A stretch of 35,141 nucleotides of DNA from Bdellovibrionota bacterium. GTDB lineage: Bacteria > Bdellovibrionota_C > UBA2361 > JBGSMV01. The position numbers and the translations under genes are program-made. Positions 1-9,224 of the stretch are shown here, one piece after another. Positions within the stretch are counted from its first letter, which is position 1. Each line of letters starts with the position of its first letter. The notes beneath the pieces were generated by a model. The model had not been told where the DNA came from. It made no database searches and was given only the letters and a program-made list of their open reading frames with translations. Location: contig JBIKWF010000037.1 of the NCBI GenBank assembly GCA_044356455.1, positions 1-35,141 of the forward strand, given 5' to 3'.

Positions 1-187
1 GCGGAGACACGGAGACCGCGGAGAATGAGGGGATTTAAATCTCTTGCATGCGTACAGACCTAACCGAGAGTGGTTGATATCGACTTCCAGATCGACGACT
101 GAGCCTCGCAAGATCTCGGACTTCACAATTAGCTTGCGCGCACTTTTGGTAATTTGATTTCTGCCTCCGCGGTCTCCGTGTCTCCGC
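1..187. repeat. Inverted-repeat-bounded small element (CGGAG-periodic family)
   Basis: GCGGAGACACGGAGACCGCGGAG (1-23) and its exact reverse complement (165-187); the same 23-mer recurs at 16196-16218. Confidence 0.85.
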
Positions 188-328
188 GCCTTAACCCCTT
201 AACCTTAATCGTTGAATCGGCAGAAAAGTTGCTTAGAAAGTTACCCAGGGTTACCGTTACGGAAGAGAACAAACGCCTCGCGCCCCCGGGGGCGCGGTCC
301 AACACTGATCATTAGCTCGTCCCGCACT

Positions 329-646
329 ATGAGACTTTTCCGAACGACAAAATGTAATAGGTGTAAAGGCACCGGTGTTCAGGAGCACGATTCCTATCAC
401 TTAGGTGTGAGTTTTTTCTTGTTCGCGGTAGAGCTTTCGTTGCCTCTCGCGGGAATAATTCTTCCGCTCTATCTTTTGTCAGTCTTCGGAGTCAGTGGCA
501 GCGAAATTTTCCAATACTGGCGCTTAATTGCCTGGCTGTGCTTTTTCGGACTGATTGCTTCGTTGTGGTTGCTACCTCCGATCCTGAAAGGCATCATCTT
601 TACTCGCTGTGAACAATGTAAGGGGACCGGACGAATAAAGCGCTAG
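329..646 (+). CDS. Small membrane protein with two CxxCxGxG motifs flanking two TM helices
   Basis: Start taken at ATG 329; CNRCKGTG near the N-terminus, CEQCKGTG at the C-terminus, two hydrophobic segments between. Confidence 0.7.
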   Translation: MRLFRTTKCNRCKGTGVQEHDSYHLGVSFFLFAVELSLPLAGIILPLYLLSVFGVSGSEIFQYWRLIAWLCFFGLIASLWLLPPILKGIIFTRCEQCKGTGRIKR

Positions 647-679
647 TGAAGCGAGCTAACAAACTGCGCCACCAGATTT

Positions 680-740
680 GGCACTTGCCCCGTTTTAGTT
701 GACACCTAAACATAACAAATGAGAGGGGTGTCGCAAAATG
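680..740 (+). mobile_element. Possible IS3-family left-end remnant
   Basis: CACTTGCCCCGTTTTAGTTGACACC...GAGAGGGGTGTC..ATG resembles an IS3-type IRL followed by RBS and start; no transposase follows. Confidence 0.3.
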
Positions 741-787
741 GAGAGCGTTTGCCGTTTTCTCTGGCTCAACAACCATAGGGTCAAATT

Positions 788-1165
788 ATGAGTTCATGGT
801 GGGATCGTAGGGACCAGCTGGAACGTGTAGTGATTGCGGTTGCAGCTGCTCAAATTATTTTCTTTTGGATTATTTTTCCGATTCTTATCGAGACTTGTAT
901 CGATCATTCGCTCACCTATGGGCGAGGTGCATTGTCAAATTTCAAGCCATTATACTCTTTGCTTCACTTGTTTTTCGTCTTTGGGCCGCTTCTCTTAAGT
1001 GCTTATTATCTCGCAAAAAGGCGCTGGAAGCTGGCATGGCTAGGAGTAGGTCTCTGCCTGTTGGGTATTTTTTCGGCCCTCATGAACGCAGGTAGAGCCT
1101 TCCAAGCCAATAAATCTACATGCACTGGCTTCAAAGCAATAAGTTCTCAATTGGAGAAGTTATAG
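788..1165 (+). CDS. Hypothetical membrane protein (about 3 TM)
   Basis: ATG-started 125-aa ORF with three hydrophobic segments. Confidence 0.6.
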   Translation: MSSWWDRRDQLERVVIAVAAAQIIFFWIIFPILIETCIDHSLTYGRGALSNFKPLYSLLHLFFVFGPLLLSAYYLAKRRWKLAWLGVGLCLLGIFSALMNAGRAFQANKSTCTGFKAISSQLEKL

Positions 1166-1341
1166 AGCGTGAAGCCTGAGAACAATCAGCCCCGGGCCCG
1201 CTCGTTTTTCCGGACTCGGATTTTCCCAAGCAATTTCAGCATGTTCCCTTGTGCCTCGTGCGACCATCGAGGTGAAATCACCCCGATGCCTGTTTAAAGC
1301 AACTTTCGCATCACCAACTGCCCTAGAAGCAGCATAACCCA

Positions 1342-3327
1342 TTGAACGCTTTAGTAAGTTCTGAACTTGGTGGTAGCTGCATGCTGCAGAGTCAAACAAC
1401 AGGGACTCTATCCTCTGATGTGCTTGTGAAGCATGTTCACCCAGCTGCTCGTTGCTGGATGTTGTCGCACGCAAGTTTGCATCTCTCGATTACCGCCCCC
1501 TCGGATGGCTCTCTTCAGATTGCAGCGGCTCATGTCAACCTAAAGGGAGAGGAGACTGCAGTTTTGGCGCTCTCGGTTCCTCCCACCCTCAAGAAACTCG
1601 CGCTTGATAATTTAGGCTCCGCCGGAATTAAGGAAGGCAACCGGCTTGGCTTTGACGCAGCTTGCGCGGCGCTTGAGAGCATGGCGGAGGGAATGGATCT
1701 CAGATGCGAGCGCAAGGTTCCTGCATTCTCACCGAAAGTACTTTCTGAAGCTGAAGTGCTTAGACTCGAAAGTTTCACGCAGCATGCGAAGCAGCCAGCA
1801 GAAGAGCGCGATCCGCTCACAGGACTTCCCGGCAAATCGCTACTGCTTGGTTCAGAAGCCCTGCGAGCGCTGTGTGAAAGAATTCCAGGGGAGAAGGTCC
1901 TCGCCTTTCTCGACTTCAATAACATGGGTCTTGCCAATAAGGTGGGACTTGGAAAAGAGGTTGACGAAATGCTGCGCCACCTTGAGCGAGCAGGTAAGGA
2001 AGCGTTTGGATCTTTGCCGCACCAGCTGGTGCGCCTTGGTGGCGATGAATTTGCAGTGATTGTGGGCGCGCCCTCCGAGGAAGCTGGAAAAGCGCTCGGG
2101 CAATTCAGAGCCAGCTTGATGAAACTTCGAGAAGCCGCATTCGTGGGCAAGTCGGAGAAGCTTGCTTTAGCTGAGGCGCGGGCTGAGCGGCGCGCTGTCA
2201 TGCGTGGTCTCCTTAGTCGGTACAAAACTGAGAGGGGAATTGGGGATTCTGACTCCATGGGGCCAAGTCCATTTACGAAAGCAGATTTTAGAAGTTGGGT
2301 CGTCGAAAGGATTCAGGAGCATCAAGCGGGTTTCTTGCCACCTCGGTCTTGGACGGGAACTCTTATGCGTCAGCTCGCAGAGATCGAGATGGAGAAAGCT
2401 CGTCAAGATGCCTCCCGCACTCATCCCGCGAGAGTAATGAGCTTCTCGATGGGCGCAGTTCAGATTGGAGAGTTCCCAAACCCCGAGCAGATTGAGCGTG
2501 GCTTTGATGTTGCTGAGAAAGAGATTCATCTCCAAAAGGAACGTTATGTTTCCAAGGTAGTCGATATCGCAGCGCCCGTAGCGATTGCTCCCTATGAAGC
2601 GCTTTCGAGTGTTAGTCTGCGCGCAGCTGAGGCCACAATGCTTTCCAGCATTACTCAAGCAGAGGACCTTGCTGCGGGACTCACGTCTGAAGACGAAGTC
2701 CCCCCACAATCCCGAACAGAGCGCTTCGCGAAGAATTCGCTAAAATGGCAAGCCGGGGGATTTGATCCCTCGCTCGGGGATTCCGTCGTTAGGTACAATC
2801 TTCGCCGAAATGTTCCCTTCAGAGCCCTTTTTAATCCGAAGGAAGCTCAGTCCGTTTCCGCCTTTATCCTCGATGTGAACCATTTCGGGGTTCTCAATAA
2901 TCAGCTCGGATATCCCCGTGCAGATGCACTTATAAGCCGTTTGGCAAAGATGGTGCAGCAAGAGTTTCCGGAAGCACTTATCGTTCGCAAAGATGGTGGT
3001 AAGCTCGTGGTGATAACGCAAGGAGGCTGTAGTGAAGAGTCGCTACAAGTGTTGCGTCACCGAGCTGAATTGGCTCTTAAGGAGTGTGTGAACGATCGAG
3101 TAATTGCCGAGTATCAAATGCGAGTTGCTTTAGATCTCTGGGATACAGGGAAGAGAGGTACGCACCTTATTGAAACCGGTATTCGCAGGGTGAAGCTTTC
3201 TCAGTCAGTGGTCTCCCCTGACGATAGCGCCACTCTTGGGGAAGTTATGGAGCAGCTTGAGGGGGCCGCGCAGTTGCGCAGGCATCCGCGGCCCAAAGAA
3301 ATTGGCTCTCGCCGAAGAGTTGCCTAG
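1342..3327 (+). CDS. Tandem GGDEF-domain protein (one intact GGDEF motif, one degenerate); start uncertain (1342 or 1381)
   Basis: DPLTGL, LAFLDFNN, RLGGDEFAVI, SFSMG; second domain DPSLG, FILDVNHFGVLNNQLGYPRAD, RKDGGKL. Confidence 0.75.
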   Translation: MNALVSSELGGSCMLQSQTTGTLSSDVLVKHVHPAARCWMLSHASLHLSITAPSDGSLQIAAAHVNLKGEETAVLALSVPPTLKKLALDNLGSAGIKEGNRLGFDAACAALESMAEGMDLRCERKVPAFSPKVLSEAEVLRLESFTQHAKQPAEERDPLTGLPGKSLLLGSEALRALCERIPGEKVLAFLDFNNMGLANKVGLGKEVDEMLRHLERAGKEAFGSLPHQLVRLGGDEFAVIVGAPSEEAGKALGQFRASLMKLREAAFVGKSEKLALAEARAERRAVMRGLLSRYKTERGIGDSDSMGPSPFTKADFRSWVVERIQEHQAGFLPPRSWTGTLMRQLAEIEMEKARQDASRTHPARVMSFSMGAVQIGEFPNPEQIERGFDVAEKEIHLQKERYVSKVVDIAAPVAIAPYEALSSVSLRAAEATMLSSITQAEDLAAGLTSEDEVPPQSRTERFAKNSLKWQAGGFDPSLGDSVVRYNLRRNVPFRALFNPKEAQSVSAFILDVNHFGVLNNQLGYPRADALISRLAKMVQQEFPEALIVRKDGGKLVVITQGGCSEESLQVLRHRAELALKECVNDRVIAEYQMRVALDLWDTGKRGTHLIETGIRRVKLSQSVVSPDDSATLGEVMEQLEGAAQLRRHPRPKEIGSRRRVA

Positions 3328-3440
3328 GAGTGTGTCCCATAGAAACATAATTCTTCATTTTGGACACAGTCCGTAGGTGGGCTGTCCCGTTGCCACCACA
3401 ACATGTAGTGGTAGAGATTTTCTACGGGACAGACTCCTAG
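3324..3440. mobile_element. 109-bp MITE-like element (3328-3436) flanked by CTAG duplication
   Basis: TIRs GAGTGTGTCCCATAGAAA (3328-3345) and TTTCTACGGGACAGACTC (3419-3436), 16/18 complementary; CTAG at 3324-3327 and 3437-3440. Confidence 0.7.
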
Positions 3441-4228
3441 CGGCGGTGCACATACAGCGCGTCTTGGTGAGAATCGTCTACCTGTATCACCTGGTGCGCG
3501 CTGCCTTCTACTTGAAACGTATTGGTGATGAATAGGCTTCCCGGCTTCATCTCTTCCTGAACTTTTTCCCAAAGAGCTGGCATGGGGCCAGGGGCGAGAA
3601 AGGCATAGACGATGTCGTAATCAGCGAGCGACATATTCCAGAAATTCTTAAATTCTAGACGCACATTTTTTCTACCACGCAGCAGCATCCACGCGCGCGC
3701 AAGAAGGAGCGCCAGGGGGCTGATCTCAACTCCCACGAATGATGCTTCCGGCCTCTTTCCCGAAAGAAAACCAAGCAGTCTTGCCATGCCGCACCCAAGA
3801 TCGAGAACCTTTACGGCTCCGTGTTCAGGGATATGCTCCAAGATCCGCTCGTACATCTTGGGGCTTGTGGGGAAGTAGGGAACGCGAGTCCAAAAAGTAG
3901 GGGCGTAAAGAAGCAGGGTAACAATCAAGGCAGTGGTAGCGACACCCGAGGGCAGCTCAAGAAGAGAATACAGCACGACACCCGGAGCAAGGAGCAGATT
4001 AAAGAGCTGCCAGGGCAGGGAAAGCTTGAGCCAGCGAGCGACAAGAAATGCAATTAATGAGTGCAGTGAGAGCAGGGCTCCTGGATGAACAAGGCTGTCC
4101 TTCACCAGCGAAAGTATGCCTATTCCAATAAGCTGACAGAGAATGCTGAAGAATAAAAAATACAGTGGCGCCCGGTGGCTCGTGTAGAACGACCGTTTCG
4201 GCGGGGCAGTGAGTGAGTCAGTTGTCAT
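3437..4228 (-). CDS. Membrane-anchored class I SAM-dependent methyltransferase
   Basis: N-terminal TM helices, VPYFPTS, motif I VLDLGCG, VGVEISP, YDIVYAFL, MKPGS. Confidence 0.85.
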   Translation of the reverse strand: MTTDSLTAPPKRSFYTSHRAPLYFLFFSILCQLIGIGILSLVKDSLVHPGALLSLHSLIAFLVARWLKLSLPWQLFNLLLAPGVVLYSLLELPSGVATTALIVTLLLYAPTFWTRVPYFPTSPKMYERILEHIPEHGAVKVLDLGCGMARLLGFLSGKRPEASFVGVEISPLALLLARAWMLLRGRKNVRLEFKNFWNMSLADYDIVYAFLAPGPMPALWEKVQEEMKPGSLFITNTFQVEGSAHQVIQVDDSHQDALYVHRR

Positions 4229-4304
4229 GAGCCTAGTGTAGGAGGCTAAAGAACTGGGTTCAATTGGATAAATTCATCCCCAAAGGCTTTCGGATAGCCT
4301 CTCT

Positions 4305-4335
4305 CCCTTAGTGGTGTCCGTGGTCTTAGTGGTTG
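4305..4335. repeat. Single arm of the 9-bp-periodic repeat family
   Basis: CCCTTAGTGGTGTCCGTGGTCTTAGTGGTTG with GTGG at 4311/4320/4329; similar to 22981-23010. Confidence 0.6.
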
Positions 4336-4567
4336 TTTTCCCCAGTAACTCCCAGAATCTTAAGATTCGGAAAGCAGCGTTCCGCTTCTTCCGCTTAGTG
4401 CCACCCACTTTCTGTAGCCCGAGCTTCATGTAACTCAAAAAAAGTAATCACAAGGAGAGCGGCGAGTGAGGTGGGCTCCTGCGGCTGAATTGCCAATGAG
4501 TATAAATGGTTAGCGTCGGGATCGCGAATAGGCAACTGAGGACTTTTTCCTTGTTCGAAGGAAAGAT

Positions 4568-5887
4568 GTGTGCCATAATTTCCTTGTGGAAAGGAAGCTT
4601 TTAATAAAAGAAATTCTCTCTGATTGGTCAGAGCACCTCGCAACGGTCAAGCTCTTTGAAAGAGAGTCCACCATTCCTCCTCTCTCCAACCGCTACATCA
4701 CTACCCTTACCGGCCCAAGACGCGCGGGGAAAACGTCGGTCCTCCAGCTTCTGGCCAAGCAACACAACAGACTCCATCCTGACACGCCCGCTCTCTATGT
4801 GAATTTTGAGGACGAGCGCCTCGATCGGTCGACTGACGAGCTTCGTCTTATCCTAGAGTGCTATCGAGAGCTTTACCCTTCCGCGAGCCAAGAGCATCTC
4901 GCTTTTTTCTTTGATGAGATACAGGTGGTTCCGCAGTGGGAAAGATTTGTTCGACGATGTCACGAAGGTGAGAGGGCTCACGTGGCGATTACTGGGTCGA
5001 ATTCGCGAGCATTGAGCACCGATATCGCAACTGCTCTTCGCGGCAGAACGATAAACGGAGAGATTCTGCCGCTTTCGTTTCGTGAGTTCTTTCGCCTGAA
5101 GTCAGCCAGCTTAGAATCCGGGCGCGCACCGTCCTTGTCCAGTGCGCGAGGAAAGGCAAGAGCTCATGCTATCGTCGAGGAGTACCTCGAATTTGGAGGA
5201 TTTCCGGAGGTTGCCCTTGAGCCCAATCCGCATCTAAAAGCGATGCGCCTTCAGGAGTATTTCCAAGTCATGGTGGTGCGGGATCTAGTTGAGCGATTTC
5301 GAGTCAACCAGGTTCCTCCCCTCAGATTCTTCCTAAAGCGCTTGCTCGCAAGCGCGGCCCGCCCTGTTTCTGTTCACAAGATATATCAGGAAATTAAGTC
5401 TGCAGGACACCGAATTTCGAAAGATGCCGCATACGAATTTTTGGAGTATGCCGAAGCTGTCTATTTTGCCAGGACTCTCCCACAGTTTACGAGAAAGAGA
5501 GTGCAGCGAGAGCTCGGGGAAAGGAAAATATACCCGATCGATCTCGGCTATCTTCGGGCAATCATCGGAGATCAAGATCGAACGAAAGCCTTAGAGACCG
5601 CCGTCTGGTTTGACTTTTTCTTCCGTCGCTTCGAGCTCAGTTACTTCAAAGGAGCATCAGAATGCGACTTCGTCGTGTCCGACCAAAGCGGCCTACCCGC
5701 ATTGTATCAGGTCGCCTATTCCCTCGACGATAACGCAACGAAAGAGAGGGAGTTCCGCGGACTACGCGAAGCCGCAGCCGCACTCGGTTCCAAAAATGGA
5801 ATAGTGGTAACTCGCGAGCTCGATAAGGATTTTAAGGGTGAAGCCATTGACATTCTTGCCAGGTCCTTCCTGCATTTTTCAAGATAG
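4568..5887 (+). CDS. AAA_14 / DUF4143 ATP-binding protein (start may be GTG 4586)
   Basis: Walker A GPRRAGKT, YVNFED, Walker B FFDEIQ, ITGSNS, GGFPEV, KIYPIDLG, ECDFV. Confidence 0.9.
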   Translation: MCHNFLVERKLLIKEILSDWSEHLATVKLFERESTIPPLSNRYITTLTGPRRAGKTSVLQLLAKQHNRLHPDTPALYVNFEDERLDRSTDELRLILECYRELYPSASQEHLAFFFDEIQVVPQWERFVRRCHEGERAHVAITGSNSRALSTDIATALRGRTINGEILPLSFREFFRLKSASLESGRAPSLSSARGKARAHAIVEEYLEFGGFPEVALEPNPHLKAMRLQEYFQVMVVRDLVERFRVNQVPPLRFFLKRLLASAARPVSVHKIYQEIKSAGHRISKDAAYEFLEYAEAVYFARTLPQFTRKRVQRELGERKIYPIDLGYLRAIIGDQDRTKALETAVWFDFFFRRFELSYFKGASECDFVVSDQSGLPALYQVAYSLDDNATKEREFRGLREAAAALGSKNGIVVTRELDKDFKGEAIDILARSFLHFSR

Positions 5888-6027
5888 TGTACTGCCTCAG
5901 CGGAAAGCTTAAGAAGGTTCGGAGTGCCGGAAAAAACGCGCCACGGAGCCGCAATCTCGATGCGGTTGAGGGCCCTGATAATTGCACGTGCGGTTATATT
6001 CCGAAGGTTTAGCAACCCTTGGGCACC

Positions 6028-7164
6028 TTAAGAGTCTGAAAGCAGCGTCTTGGGGAACCCCTGCCGAACCGGTTCTTGATAGTAGCGCTCAAGCTCAGCC
6101 GCCTTTTCTTGAATTCCTACGGCTTGGTGGGCGGTAGGGATGCGAATCGCAAGGCGAAAGAATAAATCGCCTCTGGTCCCATCGGTATTCACAAGCCCGC
6201 GCTCTTTGAGGCGAAGCTCAGTGCCGTTTTGAGAGCCGGCGGGGATTTTAAGGACGACCTGCTCTTCAAGGGTGGGGACGGTAACGTTTGCCCCGGAAAG
6301 CGCTTCTTGGATAGTTACGGGGACTTCAGCAACAAGCCCTTTGGGCTCAAGCGAAAGAAAAGGATGGGGCGCCACTCTCACAATGACCACGAGTTCCTCT
6401 TGGCCTTCCTTGGTGCGGGTCCTAAGCACCGATCCACTGCGCACTCCCGCGGGGATGCGTATAGAGACTTTGCGGCGACCCTCAGGTTCAGAAATTTCAA
6501 CGCTTTTGCGTGTTCCAAGGACCGCGTCTCTAAGAGGAAGGGAAATTTCAATTACTGAAAGACTGCGCCTCTCTGCGCCTCGTGCGCCCCGGGAGGGCGG
6601 CGTCTTGTCGGTCTCAGGCCGCAGGGCCTCCCTAGCAAATCCGCGCAAGGTCTTGGCGCCGAGGGCCCCAAGCTTCGCCATGGAGGAGAAGAGAGAAGAA
6701 TCTTTACTCGATGTTTGTGGGCTGCTTGCGGGCTTGGCGCGGGATGAATGTTCAGAAGAAGCTGCGCCGGGTCTGCCTTGAGTTTGCGACTGCTGAAATC
6801 TGCGTTTAGCTCTGTCCTGAGCGGCGGCTCTGCGCACCGCTTGCTCGTAAGCGCGCTGGCCCTGAGCCGAGCTACCGCCCGAGGCCGACCCGAAGCCTGA
6901 CTTCATAAACCGCGAAAAATCGACCCGCGCACTTTCGCTTCCAAGTTCCCTGTCAAAAGCTGAGCGTTTATCGGGGTCGGATAGGACCTCGTAAGCCTGG
7001 GCAATGGCCTTAAATCTGTCTTCGGATGCTTTGCCGGGGTTAACATCGGGATGATACCGCCGAGCGAGGATACGGTAGGCGCGCCGGATCTCCTCTGCGG
7101 AGGCTGAGCTTAGCACCCCGAGAGTTTCGTAGTGGTTTTGTATGGTTCGATGAGCGACAGACAC
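6028..7164 (-). CDS. DnaJ/CbpA-like co-chaperone (J domain plus C-terminal domain, no zinc finger)
   Basis: HYETLGV, YHPD, AYEVLSDP; C-terminal IPAG repeats, VPTL, LRLKERG, GDL. Confidence 0.9.
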   Translation of the reverse strand: MSVAHRTIQNHYETLGVLSSASAEEIRRAYRILARRYHPDVNPGKASEDRFKAIAQAYEVLSDPDKRSAFDRELGSESARVDFSRFMKSGFGSASGGSSAQGQRAYEQAVRRAAAQDRAKRRFQQSQTQGRPGAASSEHSSRAKPASSPQTSSKDSSLFSSMAKLGALGAKTLRGFAREALRPETDKTPPSRGARGAERRSLSVIEISLPLRDAVLGTRKSVEISEPEGRRKVSIRIPAGVRSGSVLRTRTKEGQEELVVIVRVAPHPFLSLEPKGLVAEVPVTIQEALSGANVTVPTLEEQVVLKIPAGSQNGTELRLKERGLVNTDGTRGDLFFRLAIRIPTAHQAVGIQEKAAELERYYQEPVRQGFPKTLLSDS

Positions 7165-7344
7165 AGCTATCCTTTTAACACCACTCTTATTTCTAGTTTT
7201 TCAATGAATTTAGGGGATTGCCCCAATTCATCCCTAGCATCTACAGTTTTGATGAATATCAGCGTCGATCGGGACCTAGGTCAAGGGTTCTTCCGTGACT
7301 ATAGGCTAGGGTCAGGCGGGCGCCCAATCTCAAGAGGAATCCAT

Positions 7345-8019
7345 ATGGCGGCGGGCATGCTTAGTAGACGAAGAAAGGCGCTGTCCCCGGGGTGGATTCG
7401 TTTTGCCGAAAATGTCGTGGAGCGTGCGGGGGTTATAGAGGAGGACACGGCCGAAACTCTCATTCATGCTTTTTCAGCCGTTCCACGCGATCAGTTTGTC
7501 GCAGAGGCCTTTAACCTTCGTGCGACAGAAGATACCGCCCTTCCAATCGGGTATGGGCAGACTATTTCTAAGCCATCGACTGTTGCTCGAATGCTAGCCT
7601 TGATTGGTCTTAGGCCAGGGCTGCGTGTCCTCGAGATTGGCTGTGGCTCCGGATACTGCAGCGCCGTGATGGCCGCGGCTGGTGCCTCCGTATTTGCGGT
7701 TGAGTTTGTGGGACTGCTTGCGCAGCAGACGCGCCGGAAACTTGATGCGCTTAATTTCCAGAATGTGCTCATTCGAAGAGGAGATGGAAGGCGAGGTTGG
7801 GCGGAGCATGCCCCCTACGATGCTATTGTGGTCTCGGCAGCTTTTGAAACTATGGAGCCTGAGCTCGTGGCGCAGCTTGTTAATCCGGGGGGACGAATGG
7901 TGGCACCCGTTGGCAACACGCGTGGTCAGATTCTAACCCTTTGGGAAGCAAAGGGCGGCGGTGTTGCCATGTATCAGCTTGAGCCTTGTAACTTTGTTGA
8001 GGGGCAGTCACATGCCTAG
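7345..8019 (+). CDS. pcm: Protein-L-isoaspartate O-methyltransferase
   Basis: VPRDQFV, LPIGYGQTIS, VLEIGCGSGY, GWAEHAPYDAIVV, GGRMVAPVG; ATG 7345 preceded by AGAGG. Confidence 0.92.
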   Translation: MAAGMLSRRRKALSPGWIRFAENVVERAGVIEEDTAETLIHAFSAVPRDQFVAEAFNLRATEDTALPIGYGQTISKPSTVARMLALIGLRPGLRVLEIGCGSGYCSAVMAAAGASVFAVEFVGLLAQQTRRKLDALNFQNVLIRRGDGRRGWAEHAPYDAIVVSAAFETMEPELVAQLVNPGGRMVAPVGNTRGQILTLWEAKGGGVAMYQLEPCNFVEGQSHA

Positions 8020-8055
8020 GGAACCTCTTAAGAGCATCGCTATTTTATTTTTTCT

Positions 8056-8128
8056 CTCAGTGAGCTCTGTGTCCTCTGTGGTTTTTTAACAATTTTAATC
8101 AACCACAGAGGGCACAGAGTTCTCTGAG
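8056..8128. repeat. Inverted pair of the 9-bp-periodic CTCTGTG family
   Basis: CTCAGTGAGCTCTGTGTCCTCTGTGGTT - 17-bp AT-rich loop - AACCACAGAGGGCACAGAGTTCTCTGAG. Confidence 0.85.
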
Positions 8129-8209
8129 CGGACTTTTTCAGAGATTCCCTAGCTAGTAGTGCTTTTGGCCGCTCAGGTCGTCATAAGCGAGTTGAAGAGG
8201 ATTTGGCAT

Positions 8210-8950
8210 GTGCCAAGGTATCGCTGTTGCTTCAAAGTAGTACTTATTTGTTTTTTTCTGCTTTCCTTCAGCGGCTGTAGCTTGCTGTTCGGTGGAAAGT
8301 CCACCCGATATATCGATTATCCTGTACACAAGGGCGACACTCTCTATTCGATTAGTAGGCGTTTCTCAGTCTCCATGGACGAATTAGAAGACGTCAACGA
8401 TCTTGACGACCCTGCGAAGCTGAGAGTGGGGCAGGTACTTAAAATTCCCTACCGTGGACAGGGAGTGGGAAAGCGCCCTAAATCTGAATCCGGCGCTGAG
8501 CCTGTTCCCGATGCTAGCTCGAAGAAGAAAGTTACTCTCACCCAGGCTCGTGTATTTATCGGGAAGCTCGCATGGCCCGTACCGAACGCCCGCATGGCGT
8601 CGCCCTTTGGTCCGCGCTGGATGAATTTCCATGAGGGCCTCGATTTTGCGGCTCCCGTTGGTACCCCCGTGTATGCCGCTCACGACGGGCGAGTGGTGCA
8701 TAGCGACGATAGGCTAAGGGGTTATGGGAACCTGATAGTTATTCAAGCCCCAGGGCTTCTTACCATCTACGCCCACAATAATCGCAACTTGGTAAGAGCA
8801 GGGGACAGAGTATCAAAGGGCGATCTCATCGCCGAGGTGGGAGAAACCGGGCATGCCACGGGGCCTCACTTGCACTTTGAGACCCGCATTAAGGACCGAG
8901 ACGGCAAAAACGTGGCGGTTGACCCCCTCGTTTTTTACCCTCGTAAGTGA
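8210..8950 (+). CDS. LysM + M23 peptidase lipoprotein (NlpD-like)
   Basis: Lipobox FSGC, LysM YPVHKGDTLYSI, M23 motifs HEGLD, YAH, GPHLHFE; follows pcm; GTG 8210 after GAGG. Confidence 0.88.
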   Translation: MPRYRCCFKVVLICFFLLSFSGCSLLFGGKSTRYIDYPVHKGDTLYSISRRFSVSMDELEDVNDLDDPAKLRVGQVLKIPYRGQGVGKRPKSESGAEPVPDASSKKKVTLTQARVFIGKLAWPVPNARMASPFGPRWMNFHEGLDFAAPVGTPVYAAHDGRVVHSDDRLRGYGNLIVIQAPGLLTIYAHNNRNLVRAGDRVSKGDLIAEVGETGHATGPHLHFETRIKDRDGKNVAVDPLVFYPRK

Positions 8951-9051
8951 ATGAAACTAGGGGATCGCCCGCTATTTGCTTGGGGCCTTGCTAAAACCGA
9001 GAGGAACTATCCTTGACTCTCAGCCTAGCCTTCCTCACACTATACCCGTAG

Positions 9052-9125
9052 GTCCGCGTAGCTCAGTTGGATAGAGCACAAGTTTCCTAAACTTGGGGTC
9101 GCAGGTTCAATTCCTGCCGCGGACG
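9052..9125 (+). tRNA. tRNA-Arg(CCT), CCA not encoded
   Basis: Acceptor stem GTCCGCG/CGCGGAC, D arm GCTC/GAGC, anticodon arm CAAGT-TT-CCT-AA-ACTTG, T arm GCAGG-TTCAATT-CCTGC. Confidence 0.95.
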
Positions 9126-9128
9126 CTT
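9083..9128 (+). repeat. attL core (3' part of tRNA-Arg)
   Basis: TTTCCTAAACTTGGGGTCGCAGGTTCAATTCCTGCCGCGGACGCTT, identical to 15795-15840. Confidence 0.95.
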
Positions 9129-9174
9129 AATTCATTAGACTTTTTCCTGCCACGCACTACAATTCCAGACAATA

Positions 9175-9193
9175 GGACCAAAAAAAGGACCAA
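9175..9193 (+). promoter_or_regulatory. Candidate integrase arm-type sites (left)
   Basis: GGACCAA twice with 12-bp period; same arrangement at 15660-15680. Confidence 0.6.
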
Positions 9194-9224
9194 TCAGGAG
9201 CGAAAGTAGCGAGGTGGCACCCGT

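Noticed and set aside
279..296. Perfect 18-bp palindrome CGCGCCCCCGGGGGCGCG
   Set aside because: Single copy, GC-only, no function can be assigned
1342..3327. Cas10-like polymerase
   Set aside because: No HD domain, no GGDD in the second palm, no zinc-finger cysteines, no CRISPR context
3393..3410. NrdR-box-like palindrome CCACAACATGTAGTGG
   Set aside because: Lies inside the MITE between convergent gene ends, with no nucleotide-reduction gene nearby
5960..6015. HicA-like N-terminus (LRNITARAIIRAL) on the minus strand
   Set aside because: Similarity is under 20 residues, with no downstream HicA motif or HicB partner
9013..9041. Sigma70 promoter for the tRNA (TTGACT-17-CACACT)
   Set aside because: The -10 match is too weak to call
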